NCBI GenBank assembly: GCA_963823335.1
Contig: CAWGLD010000004.1
Location: forward strand, 320,001 to 384,000
Direction: 5' to 3'
DNA length: 64,000 nt
DNA from: an uncultured delta proteobacterium
Lineage (GTDB): Bacteria; Desulfobacterota; Desulfobacteria; Desulfobacterales; B30-G6
Both the position numbers and the translations under genes were made by a program. Under the pieces are notes generated by a model. The model did no database searches, was not told the origin of the DNA, and worked only from the letters and a program-made list of their open reading frames with translations. Position 1 is the stretch's first letter; the number at the start of each line of letters is the position of its first letter. Positions 51,676-59,945 of the stretch are shown one piece after another.

Positions 51676-51953
51676 CATGTTACTTTTTGATATAATCTTT
51701 TGATTTTACAATCTAATTCAAGATAACATCTCCGTCTGTCCATTCGTGAATAGCAGCTTTATGGACATTCTTTGTATAGTGTGCTTACATGGGGTGTACA
51801 CTTGGGTCATAGAGGGTTGAAGGGTTTAGGGTCCGAGGGTAATGGCGTTCATTGGGTTTGTTGAGTTTCTTGGGTTCATCGGGTTGATGAGGCAGCTCTG
51901 AGTTGTAAGCTGCTAAATGCCTATCAGTCTATAGCCTGTAGTTAGTGAATAGC

Positions 51954-53432
51954 ATGGAAAAACAACGAAAGTTAGAACCGCATATCCGAGATTTCTTTGC
52001 GCTGGTCTACGATGCAATCCTGGCCAACCCCTTTGATGATGCCAGGGCGGATGTAGACTTGAAACTATCCGGGTTATCGCCCACAACCTCCAGAAAAAAG
52101 CGGCTGGAAAAAGCGATTCATGAAACAAGAAAACGGATCGAGCTCATTGAAACGGATGGACCATCCGATATCGATGCCTTTGGGGAAAAGGATCGGCAAC
52201 TGGTTCAGGCAGCCTATTTATTCGATTTTTTTTACCGGTACCGGGAGCAGTTCGACAAGCTCATCACCGACCAGATCGCCGCGGGCGAAAATTTTATCAA
52301 AGTCCCCTTTGCCAATGAGGCCTTTCTCTTTCTCAGAAAAAAAGGCTTCACAGGTGAATCCACCACCCGGTATTTTGCCCTGAGCTACCAGTTGAGACGG
52401 GCCTATTATTTCATGACAAGACGGCTGGTGGGACCCAGCCCTGCCATGAAAAAACTGCGTTTTGACCTCTGGAACAATGTGTTTACCCACAATATCGACT
52501 TTTATGAAAAGCATCTCCTGAATCGCATGGAAGACTTCTCCACCCTCATTCTCGGTGAAACCGGAACGGGCAAAGGGACCGCTGCCATGGCCATCGGCTG
52601 TTCCGGCTTCATACCCTTTCATCTCAAGAAAAAAGGTTTTCAAGAAAGTTTTACGAAATCTTTTGTATCCATCAATCTGTCTCAATTTCCGGAAACACTG
52701 ATCGAATCCGAACTTTTCGGGCATAAAAAAGGGGCATTCACAGGCGCTGTAAAACATCACACGGGTGTTTTCGGAAGATGCAGCCCCTATGGTGCGATTC
52801 TGCTGGACGAAATTGGTGAAACCTCCACCCGGCTTCAGATAAAACTTTTGGAAGTGCTTCAAAACAGGGTTTTTTCACCTGTGGGAAGTCATGAAAAGAG
52901 CCGTTTTGAAGGCCGGGTCATCGCCTCCACCAATCGGGCATTCGAGGATATCAGGGCTAAAAAGATCTTTCGGGATGATTTCTATTATCGCCTCAGCTCC
53001 GACATCATCACGGTCCCCCCGCTGCGGCTGCGAATCCAGCAAAATCCGGATGAATTGAATGCCCTGTTGTCTTACACCATCGAACGGATGCTGGCCAAGC
53101 CCTCACCGGAACTTGAAAACGAAATTCAAACGGTTATCGATAAAAACCTGGGGCTCGACTATGCCTGGCCCGGCAATGTCAGAGAACTGGAGCAATGTGT
53201 AAGGCGGGTAATTCTGAAGAAAACTTATGAAGGTGATATCAAACCTGTTTCACCGGATGACTTGAAAGCCCGGCTGATAGAAGGAATCGAAGCCGGTGAA
53301 TTGGATGCCCAAAACCTGATTGCCGGCTACTGCACGCTTTTGTACAGACGGTACGGGACATTCGAAGATGTTGCCCGCCACACAAATCTGGATCGAAGGA
53401 CCGTTAAAAAATATATCAACGAATGGGAATAA
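51954..53432 (+). CDS. Sigma54-dependent transcriptional activator with unrecognised N-terminal domain
   Basis: GETGTGKG, ESELFGHKKGAFTGA, LLDEIG, WPGNVREL and a C-terminal HTH. Confidence 0.92.
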   Translation: MEKQRKLEPHIRDFFALVYDAILANPFDDARADVDLKLSGLSPTTSRKKRLEKAIHETRKRIELIETDGPSDIDAFGEKDRQLVQAAYLFDFFYRYREQFDKLITDQIAAGENFIKVPFANEAFLFLRKKGFTGESTTRYFALSYQLRRAYYFMTRRLVGPSPAMKKLRFDLWNNVFTHNIDFYEKHLLNRMEDFSTLILGETGTGKGTAAMAIGCSGFIPFHLKKKGFQESFTKSFVSINLSQFPETLIESELFGHKKGAFTGAVKHHTGVFGRCSPYGAILLDEIGETSTRLQIKLLEVLQNRVFSPVGSHEKSRFEGRVIASTNRAFEDIRAKKIFRDDFYYRLSSDIITVPPLRLRIQQNPDELNALLSYTIERMLAKPSPELENEIQTVIDKNLGLDYAWPGNVRELEQCVRRVILKKTYEGDIKPVSPDDLKARLIEGIEAGELDAQNLIAGYCTLLYRRYGTFEDVARHTNLDRRTVKKYINEWE

Positions 53433-53493
53433 TTTAGGCAGCCAGAAATATAGGCTCCAATAAGGATAGCTTAAGCTGATTCCTACATAGGCA

Positions 53494-54870
53494 TCATTCA
53501 ATGCCGTATTTTTTCATTTTCCGCCACAGGGTCGACTTGTCGATTTTCAAATATTCTGCGGTCCTGCCACGGTGCCCCCAATGGCTCTCGAGGGCTGCAA
53601 CGATGGCATCTCTTTCGACCTGTTCGAGTTGAGGGGGCGCAGCAGAACGGGATTCACCCGTGGCACTCTTGATAGCCCCATTTCGAAGGTCCCGGGAAAG
53701 ATGCCTTGTTTTGATCATATCCCCGCGACACAATACAAAAGCATATTCGATGAAATTCTCCAGCTCCCGAATGTTTCCCGGAAAGTTGTATTGCATCAGG
53801 ATCTTGAGCGCATTATCGGATATCCCCTGGATCTCCTTGCCTTTGAGTGCATTGAATTTCCGGATGAAGTTCTGAATCAGCAGGGGGATATCTTCACGGC
53901 GGCTGGAAAGGGGTGGCAGTTCGATTCTGATAACATTGAGACGGTAGAACAGGTCTTCACGAAAGGATCCCCGGGCAACGAGTTCAGATAATGTCCTGTT
54001 GGTCGAAGTGATTATTCGTGCGTCTGTTTTCATGGTGGCAGTCGCCCCCAGCGGCTCGTATTCTTTTTCCTGCAGAACCCGCAGCAGTTTTACCTGGAGT
54101 GCTGTGGAAATATCGCCGATCTCGTCCAGAAACAGCGTCCCGCCTGCTGCACGTGCAAAGCGCCCGGGCTTGTCCTGTTTGGCTTCGCTGAAAGCGCCCT
54201 TCTTGTAGCCGAATAATTCGGACTCCAAAAGAGTATCTGGCAAAGCAGCACAGTTGACTGCCACGAATTTTCCCTTCTGTCCGCTCACACCGTGAATTGC
54301 TCGTGCAAAAAGCTCTTTGCCCGACCCACTGGGACCTTCGATGAGAATGGTGCTGCCGCTCGTGGCAATGTCCGGCAGGATGTCGAAAATTTTCTGAATA
54401 TCATGGTTTTTGCTGATGATGTCCTCAAACCGGTACTGGTTGTTGATTTTCTTTCGCAGTGCTTCCACAGCGGTAAGATCCCTGAAAATCTCTACGCCGC
54501 CGATTACGTGCCCGTGATCTCCCATCAACACGGATGTGCTCACACTGGCTGATAGTCGCTCCCCATGACTGTTCAAGATGTTGATGGGAATGTTGATTCC
54601 CTGTTCGCCGGTTTGCATGGTTTTTCCCAGGGCACAGGATGTCTGGCATATGTTGGCCCGGAAGACATCAAAGCATTTCTGACCCAGTGCCTGCTTTTTT
54701 GAGACGCCCGTGATCGTTTCTGCGGCATGGTTGAAATAGGTAATCTTGAAATCCAGGTCGATGGTAAAGACGCCATCGGCAATGGCGTCGAGAATGCCTT
54801 CAAAATGGGTGTGCCGCTGTTTGCTTTTATTTAAAGGTTCTCTTTTCCCTTCCATGGCTTTCCTCTTCAC
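53494..54870 (-). CDS. PAS-domain sigma54 activator, OrpR-like
   Basis: PAS domain with C-x8-C-x3-C, AAA+ domain (GPSGSGKE, GAFSEA) and a Fis HTH; divergent from the orp genes. Confidence 0.88.
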   Translation of the reverse strand: MKRKAMEGKREPLNKSKQRHTHFEGILDAIADGVFTIDLDFKITYFNHAAETITGVSKKQALGQKCFDVFRANICQTSCALGKTMQTGEQGINIPINILNSHGERLSASVSTSVLMGDHGHVIGGVEIFRDLTAVEALRKKINNQYRFEDIISKNHDIQKIFDILPDIATSGSTILIEGPSGSGKELFARAIHGVSGQKGKFVAVNCAALPDTLLESELFGYKKGAFSEAKQDKPGRFARAAGGTLFLDEIGDISTALQVKLLRVLQEKEYEPLGATATMKTDARIITSTNRTLSELVARGSFREDLFYRLNVIRIELPPLSSRREDIPLLIQNFIRKFNALKGKEIQGISDNALKILMQYNFPGNIRELENFIEYAFVLCRGDMIKTRHLSRDLRNGAIKSATGESRSAAPPQLEQVERDAIVAALESHWGHRGRTAEYLKIDKSTLWRKMKKYGIE

Positions 54871-54953
54871 TCACAGTCGTTGGTCGCATAAAAAACCAGA
54901 AAAACTTATTTTTATGAGCGTGTTTTGAGTCTGGTGATTTGGCTTCCAACTAT

Positions 54954-54999
54954 ATTGTAAAATTGCAATGAATTGCAACATTAAATTGCATTTTTGCAA
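54954..54999. promoter_or_regulatory. Candidate upstream activator (OrpR-like) binding palindromes
   Basis: attgtaaaattgcaat and attgcatttttgcaat, about 90-135 bp upstream of the sigma54 promoter. Confidence 0.55.
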
Positions 55000-55087
55000 T
55001 TATATACATAATGCCTCAATATTTGAATTCAATATAAACTACTGAAATTTCATATATATTTTATATAATATGCGGAATGTATCGAGT

Positions 55088-55103
55088 TGGCACATGCTAT
55101 GCT
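55088..55103 (+). promoter_or_regulatory. Sigma54 -24/-12 promoter
   Basis: TGGCACATGCTATGCT (GG-N10-GC). Confidence 0.8.
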
Positions 55104-55153
55104 ATTACAAATTGCGACATCTCTGTTGGATATGGAAAAGAAAAGAAGACAAC

Positions 55154-55777
55154 ATGAAAATTGCCATACCGGTGTTTCATACAAAAGTTTCTCCCCGCTT
55201 CGATCAGGCCCAGGGGTTTCTTTTACTTGAAACGGAGAATGCCGTTGTAATTGCCAGAGAAAATCTGACGACCAGAGATTGGTCGGTACTTTCCAAAATG
55301 AAGTTCTTAGTGAATCTGGAAGTCAAGACACTGATCTGCGGTGGAATCGATCGCGCATCGCTGCAATACCTTAATTTTAGAGGACTCAAGATATATTCCT
55401 GGGTAACCGGGGAAGTTGAAGATGCCGTTTCCTGTTTTCTCAGCAATCGAATGAAGCCGGGCATTATTTTAGGGGCACATGGGAAGATGAAGGGACGCTG
55501 GCAGTTCTGCAACGGCAGGAATCATTTGTGCAACATGTTCCAAACAGGTTTTAATAAAAGTGAAGAGGAGGTGAAGACAATGCCCAGAGGAGATGGGAAA
55601 GGACCCAAGGGACAGGGACCGCGCTCGGGAATGGATCGCGGAGGCTGTAAAGCAGGCAATGAAGGCCGTGGCAGCGGCAAGGGTAGAGGCCAGGGATCCG
55701 GCAAGGGCAGAGGTCAAGGATCCGGCCAGGGCAGAGGCGGCGGTGTAAAAGATCGTCGTAACAGCGATAACGATTAG
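55154..55777 (+). CDS. NifB/NifX-family protein with Gly/Arg-rich DUF5320-like tail
   Basis: MKIAIP...VSPRFD...LICGGI. The upstream ATG at 55070 overlaps the promoter, so 55154 is preferred. Confidence 0.8.
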   Translation: MKIAIPVFHTKVSPRFDQAQGFLLLETENAVVIARENLTTRDWSVLSKMKFLVNLEVKTLICGGIDRASLQYLNFRGLKIYSWVTGEVEDAVSCFLSNRMKPGIILGAHGKMKGRWQFCNGRNHLCNMFQTGFNKSEEEVKTMPRGDGKGPKGQGPRSGMDRGGCKAGNEGRGSGKGRGQGSGKGRGQGSGQGRGGGVKDRRNSDND

Positions 55778-55823
55778 CCAGCCCGCAGGATGAATTGAGG
55801 CGGGCATGAGAGGAGGTCAGACG

Positions 55824-56168
55824 ATGCCGGGATTTAACCAAACAGGGCCTTCAGGCCGAGGGTCCATGACAGGTAGAGGCAGGGGGCTTTGTACCGCCGG
55901 TAGGCCAGTATATGCAACAGGAATCCCAGGAAATGCCGGTTTTGGCCGCGGCATGGGATTTGGCCGCGGTTTCAGGAGCGGCTACGGTCCGGAGATGAGA
56001 GAGTATCCGGGAAGGGGATGGGGTCGAAACCGGGCGACAGTTGTGGAAGCTTATCCGGAAGATACCCCCCATGTTGAGCTCGACAGGCTTAAAATGCAGT
56101 CCGAATCGATGAAACGCACCCTTGACACGATAAACCAGCGCCTGGCGGAAATGGAAAAGAGCGCATGA
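55824..56168 (+). CDS. DUF5320-family protein
   Basis: MPGFNQTGPSGRGSMTGRGRGLC, with a C-terminal coiled coil; aggaggt RBS. Confidence 0.85.
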   Translation: MPGFNQTGPSGRGSMTGRGRGLCTAGRPVYATGIPGNAGFGRGMGFGRGFRSGYGPEMREYPGRGWGRNRATVVEAYPEDTPHVELDRLKMQSESMKRTLDTINQRLAEMEKSA

Positions 56169-56560
56169 TACACATTTTAATAGCCCGCAAGGATTGTCGT
56201 TGCCTGTCTGCTTTCAAAACTGCGCTGGACGAAAGCGATGCACAAACCACATGCCTGGAATCGGGTAACAAAGCACTTTGCGCGCTTTCGGAAAAGGTGT
56301 TTGATCTTCTGGTTACGGATGAAAACCTGGGCGATATGACCGGTCTCGAATTAATTGCAGCCATTGTCGCAAGGCTGCCCATGCTCAACTGCGCCGTGGT
56401 AAGCTCACTTTCCCCCGGTGAATTCCATGAAGCAAGCGAGGGGCTGGGAATTTTGATGCAGCTTCCTGTCGAGCCGGGCCAAAAAGAGGCCAACCAACTG
56501 CTTGAACATCTAAAAAAAATCCAGTCCTTAGCAATAAATTCAGCACCAAAGGAGACGTAG
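56165..56560 (+). CDS. Atypical single-domain response regulator receiver
   Basis: FDLLVTDENLGDMTGLEL; lacks the N-terminal acidic pair and the conserved Lys. Confidence 0.75.
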   Translation: MIHILIARKDCRCLSAFKTALDESDAQTTCLESGNKALCALSEKVFDLLVTDENLGDMTGLELIAAIVARLPMLNCAVVSSLSPGEFHEASEGLGILMQLPVEPGQKEANQLLEHLKKIQSLAINSAPKET

Positions 56561-56563
56561 GTT

Positions 56564-57403
56564 ATGATTATCAGTGTTGCCAGCGGCAAAGGCGGGACAG
56601 GAAAGACCACCGTAGCAACCAACCTGGCAGTTTCCATCGGGTCGGGCGTCCAGTTACTGGATTGTGATGTGGAAGAGCCCAACGCCCATCTTTTTTTAAA
56701 ACCGCAAATCGACCGCACAGAAACCGTTTTTACGGCGGTTCCTGACATCGACAAGGATAAATGCACCTTGTGCCGGAAATGCTCCGACATATGCCGGTTC
56801 AAGGTGATTGCCATTGCAGGCCAGACAATTCTCACGTTTCCGGAGCTGTGCCACAGCTGTGGCGGTTGCATGGTGGTATGTCCCGAAGGGGCGATCACTG
56901 AAACCGGCCGAGAGCTTGGCGTGATTGAAGAGGGCTTTCTCGATTCCATCGACTTTGCCCACGGTCGTCTCCGGGTTGGCGAAGCCATGTCGCCGCCGCT
57001 GATCAAAAAAGTCAGGTCACTGGCAAAACCCGATAAGACAAAGATTATCGACGCTCCTCCCGGTACATCATGTCCGGTGATCGCGGCCATGAAAGATACG
57101 GATTTTGTTCTGATGGTAACGGAACCGACGCCTTTTGGCCTGCACGATCTGAAACTTGCCGTGGCGGCTGTAAAGCTTCTTCGCATTCCCTGCGGTCTTG
57201 TCATCAACCGTTCCGATATCGGCAACGACGATGTCCGGCGGTATGCTCAGCAGGAAAACCTGCCGATCCTGATGGAGATACCCTTTGATCGCAGGATAGC
57301 GGAGACCTATTCGCGAGGGCATCTGATGGTCGAAGCGATGCCCGAGTGGAAGGATAAATTCCTGACGTTGCACAGTAAAATTAAAAGTCTGATAGAGGGG
57401 TAG
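56564..57403 (+). CDS. MinD/ParA-type P-loop ATPase with 2x[4Fe-4S] (Orp complex ATPase)
   Basis: SGKGGTGKTT, DCDVEEPN, two CxxCxxCxxxC motifs and DAPPGTSCP. Confidence 0.92.
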   Translation: MIISVASGKGGTGKTTVATNLAVSIGSGVQLLDCDVEEPNAHLFLKPQIDRTETVFTAVPDIDKDKCTLCRKCSDICRFKVIAIAGQTILTFPELCHSCGGCMVVCPEGAITETGRELGVIEEGFLDSIDFAHGRLRVGEAMSPPLIKKVRSLAKPDKTKIIDAPPGTSCPVIAAMKDTDFVLMVTEPTPFGLHDLKLAVAAVKLLRIPCGLVINRSDIGNDDVRRYAQQENLPILMEIPFDRRIAETYSRGHLMVEAMPEWKDKFLTLHSKIKSLIEG

Positions 57404-57407
57404 GACC

Positions 57408-58289
57408 TTGATAAAAGAACTGGTGGTTTTGAGCGGTAAAGGTGGAACAGGTAAAACAAGCTTGATGGCTGCGTTTGCTTCGATTGTTAAAAACAGTGTG
57501 CTGTGTGACGCAGATGTGGATGCGGCGGATCTTCACCTGCTCATGGATCCGGACGTTCAGCAACGAACGGATTTTATGGGAGGCAATGTTGCCGTCATCG
57601 ATTCCGAAAAATGTTCACTGTGCGGACAGTGTGTCGAGCTGTGCCGTTTTGATGCCATCAGTGAAAATTTTATGGTCGATAAAATTGATTGCGAAGGCTG
57701 TGGGGTCTGTGTCGATCTCTGCCCGGAGCAGGCCATCGATTTTCCGGTCAAGAAATGTGGTGAGTGGTTTATTTCCAATACCCGCTTCGGCGCCATGGTG
57801 CATGCCAGGCTGGGTATTGCGGAAGAAAATTCCGGAAAACTGGTCACGCTTGTCCGCCAGGAGGCAAGGAAGCTGGCTGAGAAGCACCACCTGGAATTGA
57901 TCATCACGGACGGACCTCCGGGAGTGGGATGCCCGGTTATCGCTTCAGCAGGCGGTGCCACGGCCATGCTCGTTGTGACAGAGCCCACTGTTTCCGGCCT
58001 GCATGACATGCAACGGGTGTTGGAGCTTGCAGATCATTTCAAAGTCCCGTGCATGATATGCGTGAATAAATATGACTTGAATCTTGATCAGACCGCGGCT
58101 GTTGAAAAGTTTGCAAAGGAGAGAAATATTCCCGTCGTGGGAAAGATTCCTTTCGACCATCACTTTACCGATTCCATGGTCCAGGGGAAAACAATATTTG
58201 AGTATGATCAAAATTGTGAACTGAGCATAACGATCAAACACCTGTGGGAGACGATCGGAAAACATCAACTTCTCAATAAGTTCAGGTAA
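57408..58289 (+). CDS. MinD/ParA-type P-loop ATPase with 2x[4Fe-4S] (second Orp ATPase)
   Basis: SGKGGTGKTS, DADVDAADL, two ferredoxin motifs, ENSGKLV and DGPPGVGCP. Confidence 0.92.
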   Translation: MIKELVVLSGKGGTGKTSLMAAFASIVKNSVLCDADVDAADLHLLMDPDVQQRTDFMGGNVAVIDSEKCSLCGQCVELCRFDAISENFMVDKIDCEGCGVCVDLCPEQAIDFPVKKCGEWFISNTRFGAMVHARLGIAEENSGKLVTLVRQEARKLAEKHHLELIITDGPPGVGCPVIASAGGATAMLVVTEPTVSGLHDMQRVLELADHFKVPCMICVNKYDLNLDQTAAVEKFAKERNIPVVGKIPFDHHFTDSMVQGKTIFEYDQNCELSITIKHLWETIGKHQLLNKFR

Positions 58290-58360
58290 ATCATGCTTTG
58301 AGACTACTTACTGGATTCCCGCGAAGGCATGAATCCAGGGTTATTGACCGGATTTTTTGA
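58285..58360. repeat. Collapsed copy of the 50785..50905 REP doublet element
   Basis: Reverse-complement match of both flanks around a single central palindrome. Confidence 0.7.
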
Positions 58361-58413
58361 AAAGCTACGGAAAATCTTTTTAACCATCGAAACATATAAG
58401 GAGAATATGAATT

Positions 58414-58806
58414 ATGAAAAACGGAAGAATAGCGATCCCATCAAATGGTTCAGGCGGACTGGACGGTACAAGGGCCGGGCATTTCGGTCACTGTGACGTT
58501 TTTACATTCATCGATGTTGAAGACGGGGAAATAAAAAAAGTCAGCGTCCTGCAAAATGCGGAGCATGTTCAGGGTGGGTGTATGGTACCGGTAAACCTGC
58601 TGGCAAGTAACAATGTGAACGTGCTTGTGGTGGGCGGTATCGGCATGCGGCCGCTGATGGGGTTCAAACAGGTTGGCATCGATGTTTTTCATGACGCGGA
58701 GAGGGCCGAAATAAGACCGGTAGTGGAAGACTTGATTGCGGGCAAACTGAAAGAGATTCAAAGTGACCAGGTCTGTGGCGGGGGTGGGGGGCAAATGAAC
58801 GCCTAA
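58414..58806 (+). CDS. NifB/NifX-family (FeMo-cofactor-binding-like) protein
   Basis: HFGHCD, HVQGGC, GGIGMRP and C-terminal CGGG motifs. Confidence 0.88.
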   Translation: MKNGRIAIPSNGSGGLDGTRAGHFGHCDVFTFIDVEDGEIKKVSVLQNAEHVQGGCMVPVNLLASNNVNVLVVGGIGMRPLMGFKQVGIDVFHDAERAEIRPVVEDLIAGKLKEIQSDQVCGGGGGQMNA

Positions 58807-58886
58807 TCCCGATAAACCGGAACGCCAAGTATCGACTATTTAAAAACAGGATGTTCACAAATAGAGCGTCATGGGAGTTAAAAAAA

Positions 58887-59246
58887 ATGAAAATTGCAAT
58901 TACATCTCAGGGAAAGACTCTTGATTCACAAGTCGACCCAAGATTCGGTCGTGCGGCATACATCCTGATCGTTGATTCGGTGGATGAAACGGTTGAGGTG
59001 CTGGACAATTCAGAAAATGTTAATGCGTTTAAAGGCGCGGGGATTCAGGCGGCTGTGATGGTGGGTGACAGCGGTGCGAAGATACTGCTGACCGGTTTCT
59101 GCGGACCCAACGCATTCAAAACGCTGGCGGCGGCAGGTTTAAAAGTGGCCAATGATGCTAGTGGAACGGTGAGAGATGCATTGGAAGCATTTAAAAAGGG
59201 TCAGGTGTCATTTGCCGATGATGCAAACGTCGAGGGACACTGGTAA
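58887..59246 (+). CDS. NifB/NifX-family orange-protein-like
   Basis: MKIAITS, VDPRFGRA, GAGIQAA, TGFCGPNAF and ANVEGHW motifs. Confidence 0.88.
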   Translation: MKIAITSQGKTLDSQVDPRFGRAAYILIVDSVDETVEVLDNSENVNAFKGAGIQAAVMVGDSGAKILLTGFCGPNAFKTLAAAGLKVANDASGTVRDALEAFKKGQVSFADDANVEGHW

Positions 59247-59343
59247 TAAATCTGCTGCTCAGATTTATTAAGGTGCAGCTTCGCCGCACAAGAACCCTGC
59301 TGGGGCAATATCCCAGTTTAATAAATGATGTGTTTTTATTTTA

Positions 59344-59772
59344 ATGACCGCAAAGCATATGGATTTTTTTCAAGATCATTCACGAACCTATCTCGAAATG
59401 GCCCTCAGAACGGACAGACAGGAATCCATAGAAAATCCGGACGGGTACGGCAGGCGGACAGGAGACTGCGGCGATACAGTGGAAATATTTTTGATGGTTC
59501 GCAAGGGACGCATACAAAAAGTGTCCTACCTTGTCCAGGGATGTATAAACACCAATGCCTGCTGCAATACTGTTGCAAATATGGCTGAAGGAAGGAGCAT
59601 AACGGCGGCATGGGGAATCACCCCGCAAAGGGTAATGGATTATCTGGAAACACTGCCGTCGAACCATGAACACTGTGCCGAACTGACTGTCGGTGCATTA
59701 TATCTGGCGCTTTCCAATTGTCAGGAGCTGGATCGGAATCCCTGGAAAAAGGGCTACCGGAAAAATTCGTGA
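59344..59772 (+). CDS. NifU-N/IscU-like Fe-S scaffold protein
   Basis: GDCGDTV, GCINTNAC and HCA motifs. Confidence 0.85.
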   Translation: MTAKHMDFFQDHSRTYLEMALRTDRQESIENPDGYGRRTGDCGDTVEIFLMVRKGRIQKVSYLVQGCINTNACCNTVANMAEGRSITAAWGITPQRVMDYLETLPSNHEHCAELTVGALYLALSNCQELDRNPWKKGYRKNS

Positions 59773-59945
59773 TCTCAAACCTGCAACCGGGGACTGCCCC
59801 AACGATTACCTGCCATGCCTGGTCGAAAATGAAATTCCCATCGGTGTCTGAATTCCATGTTCCTCTTGTAAATCGTCCCTGGAAACGTTACGGATGTAAA
59901 GTGTAAACAAGACATGATTAGATTTAGACGCTGGAGAACAACATT

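Noticed and set aside
55154-59772. Nitrogen-fixation cluster
   Set aside because: NifB/NifX- and NifU-like domains are present but nifHDK are not; the organisation fits an Orp locus.
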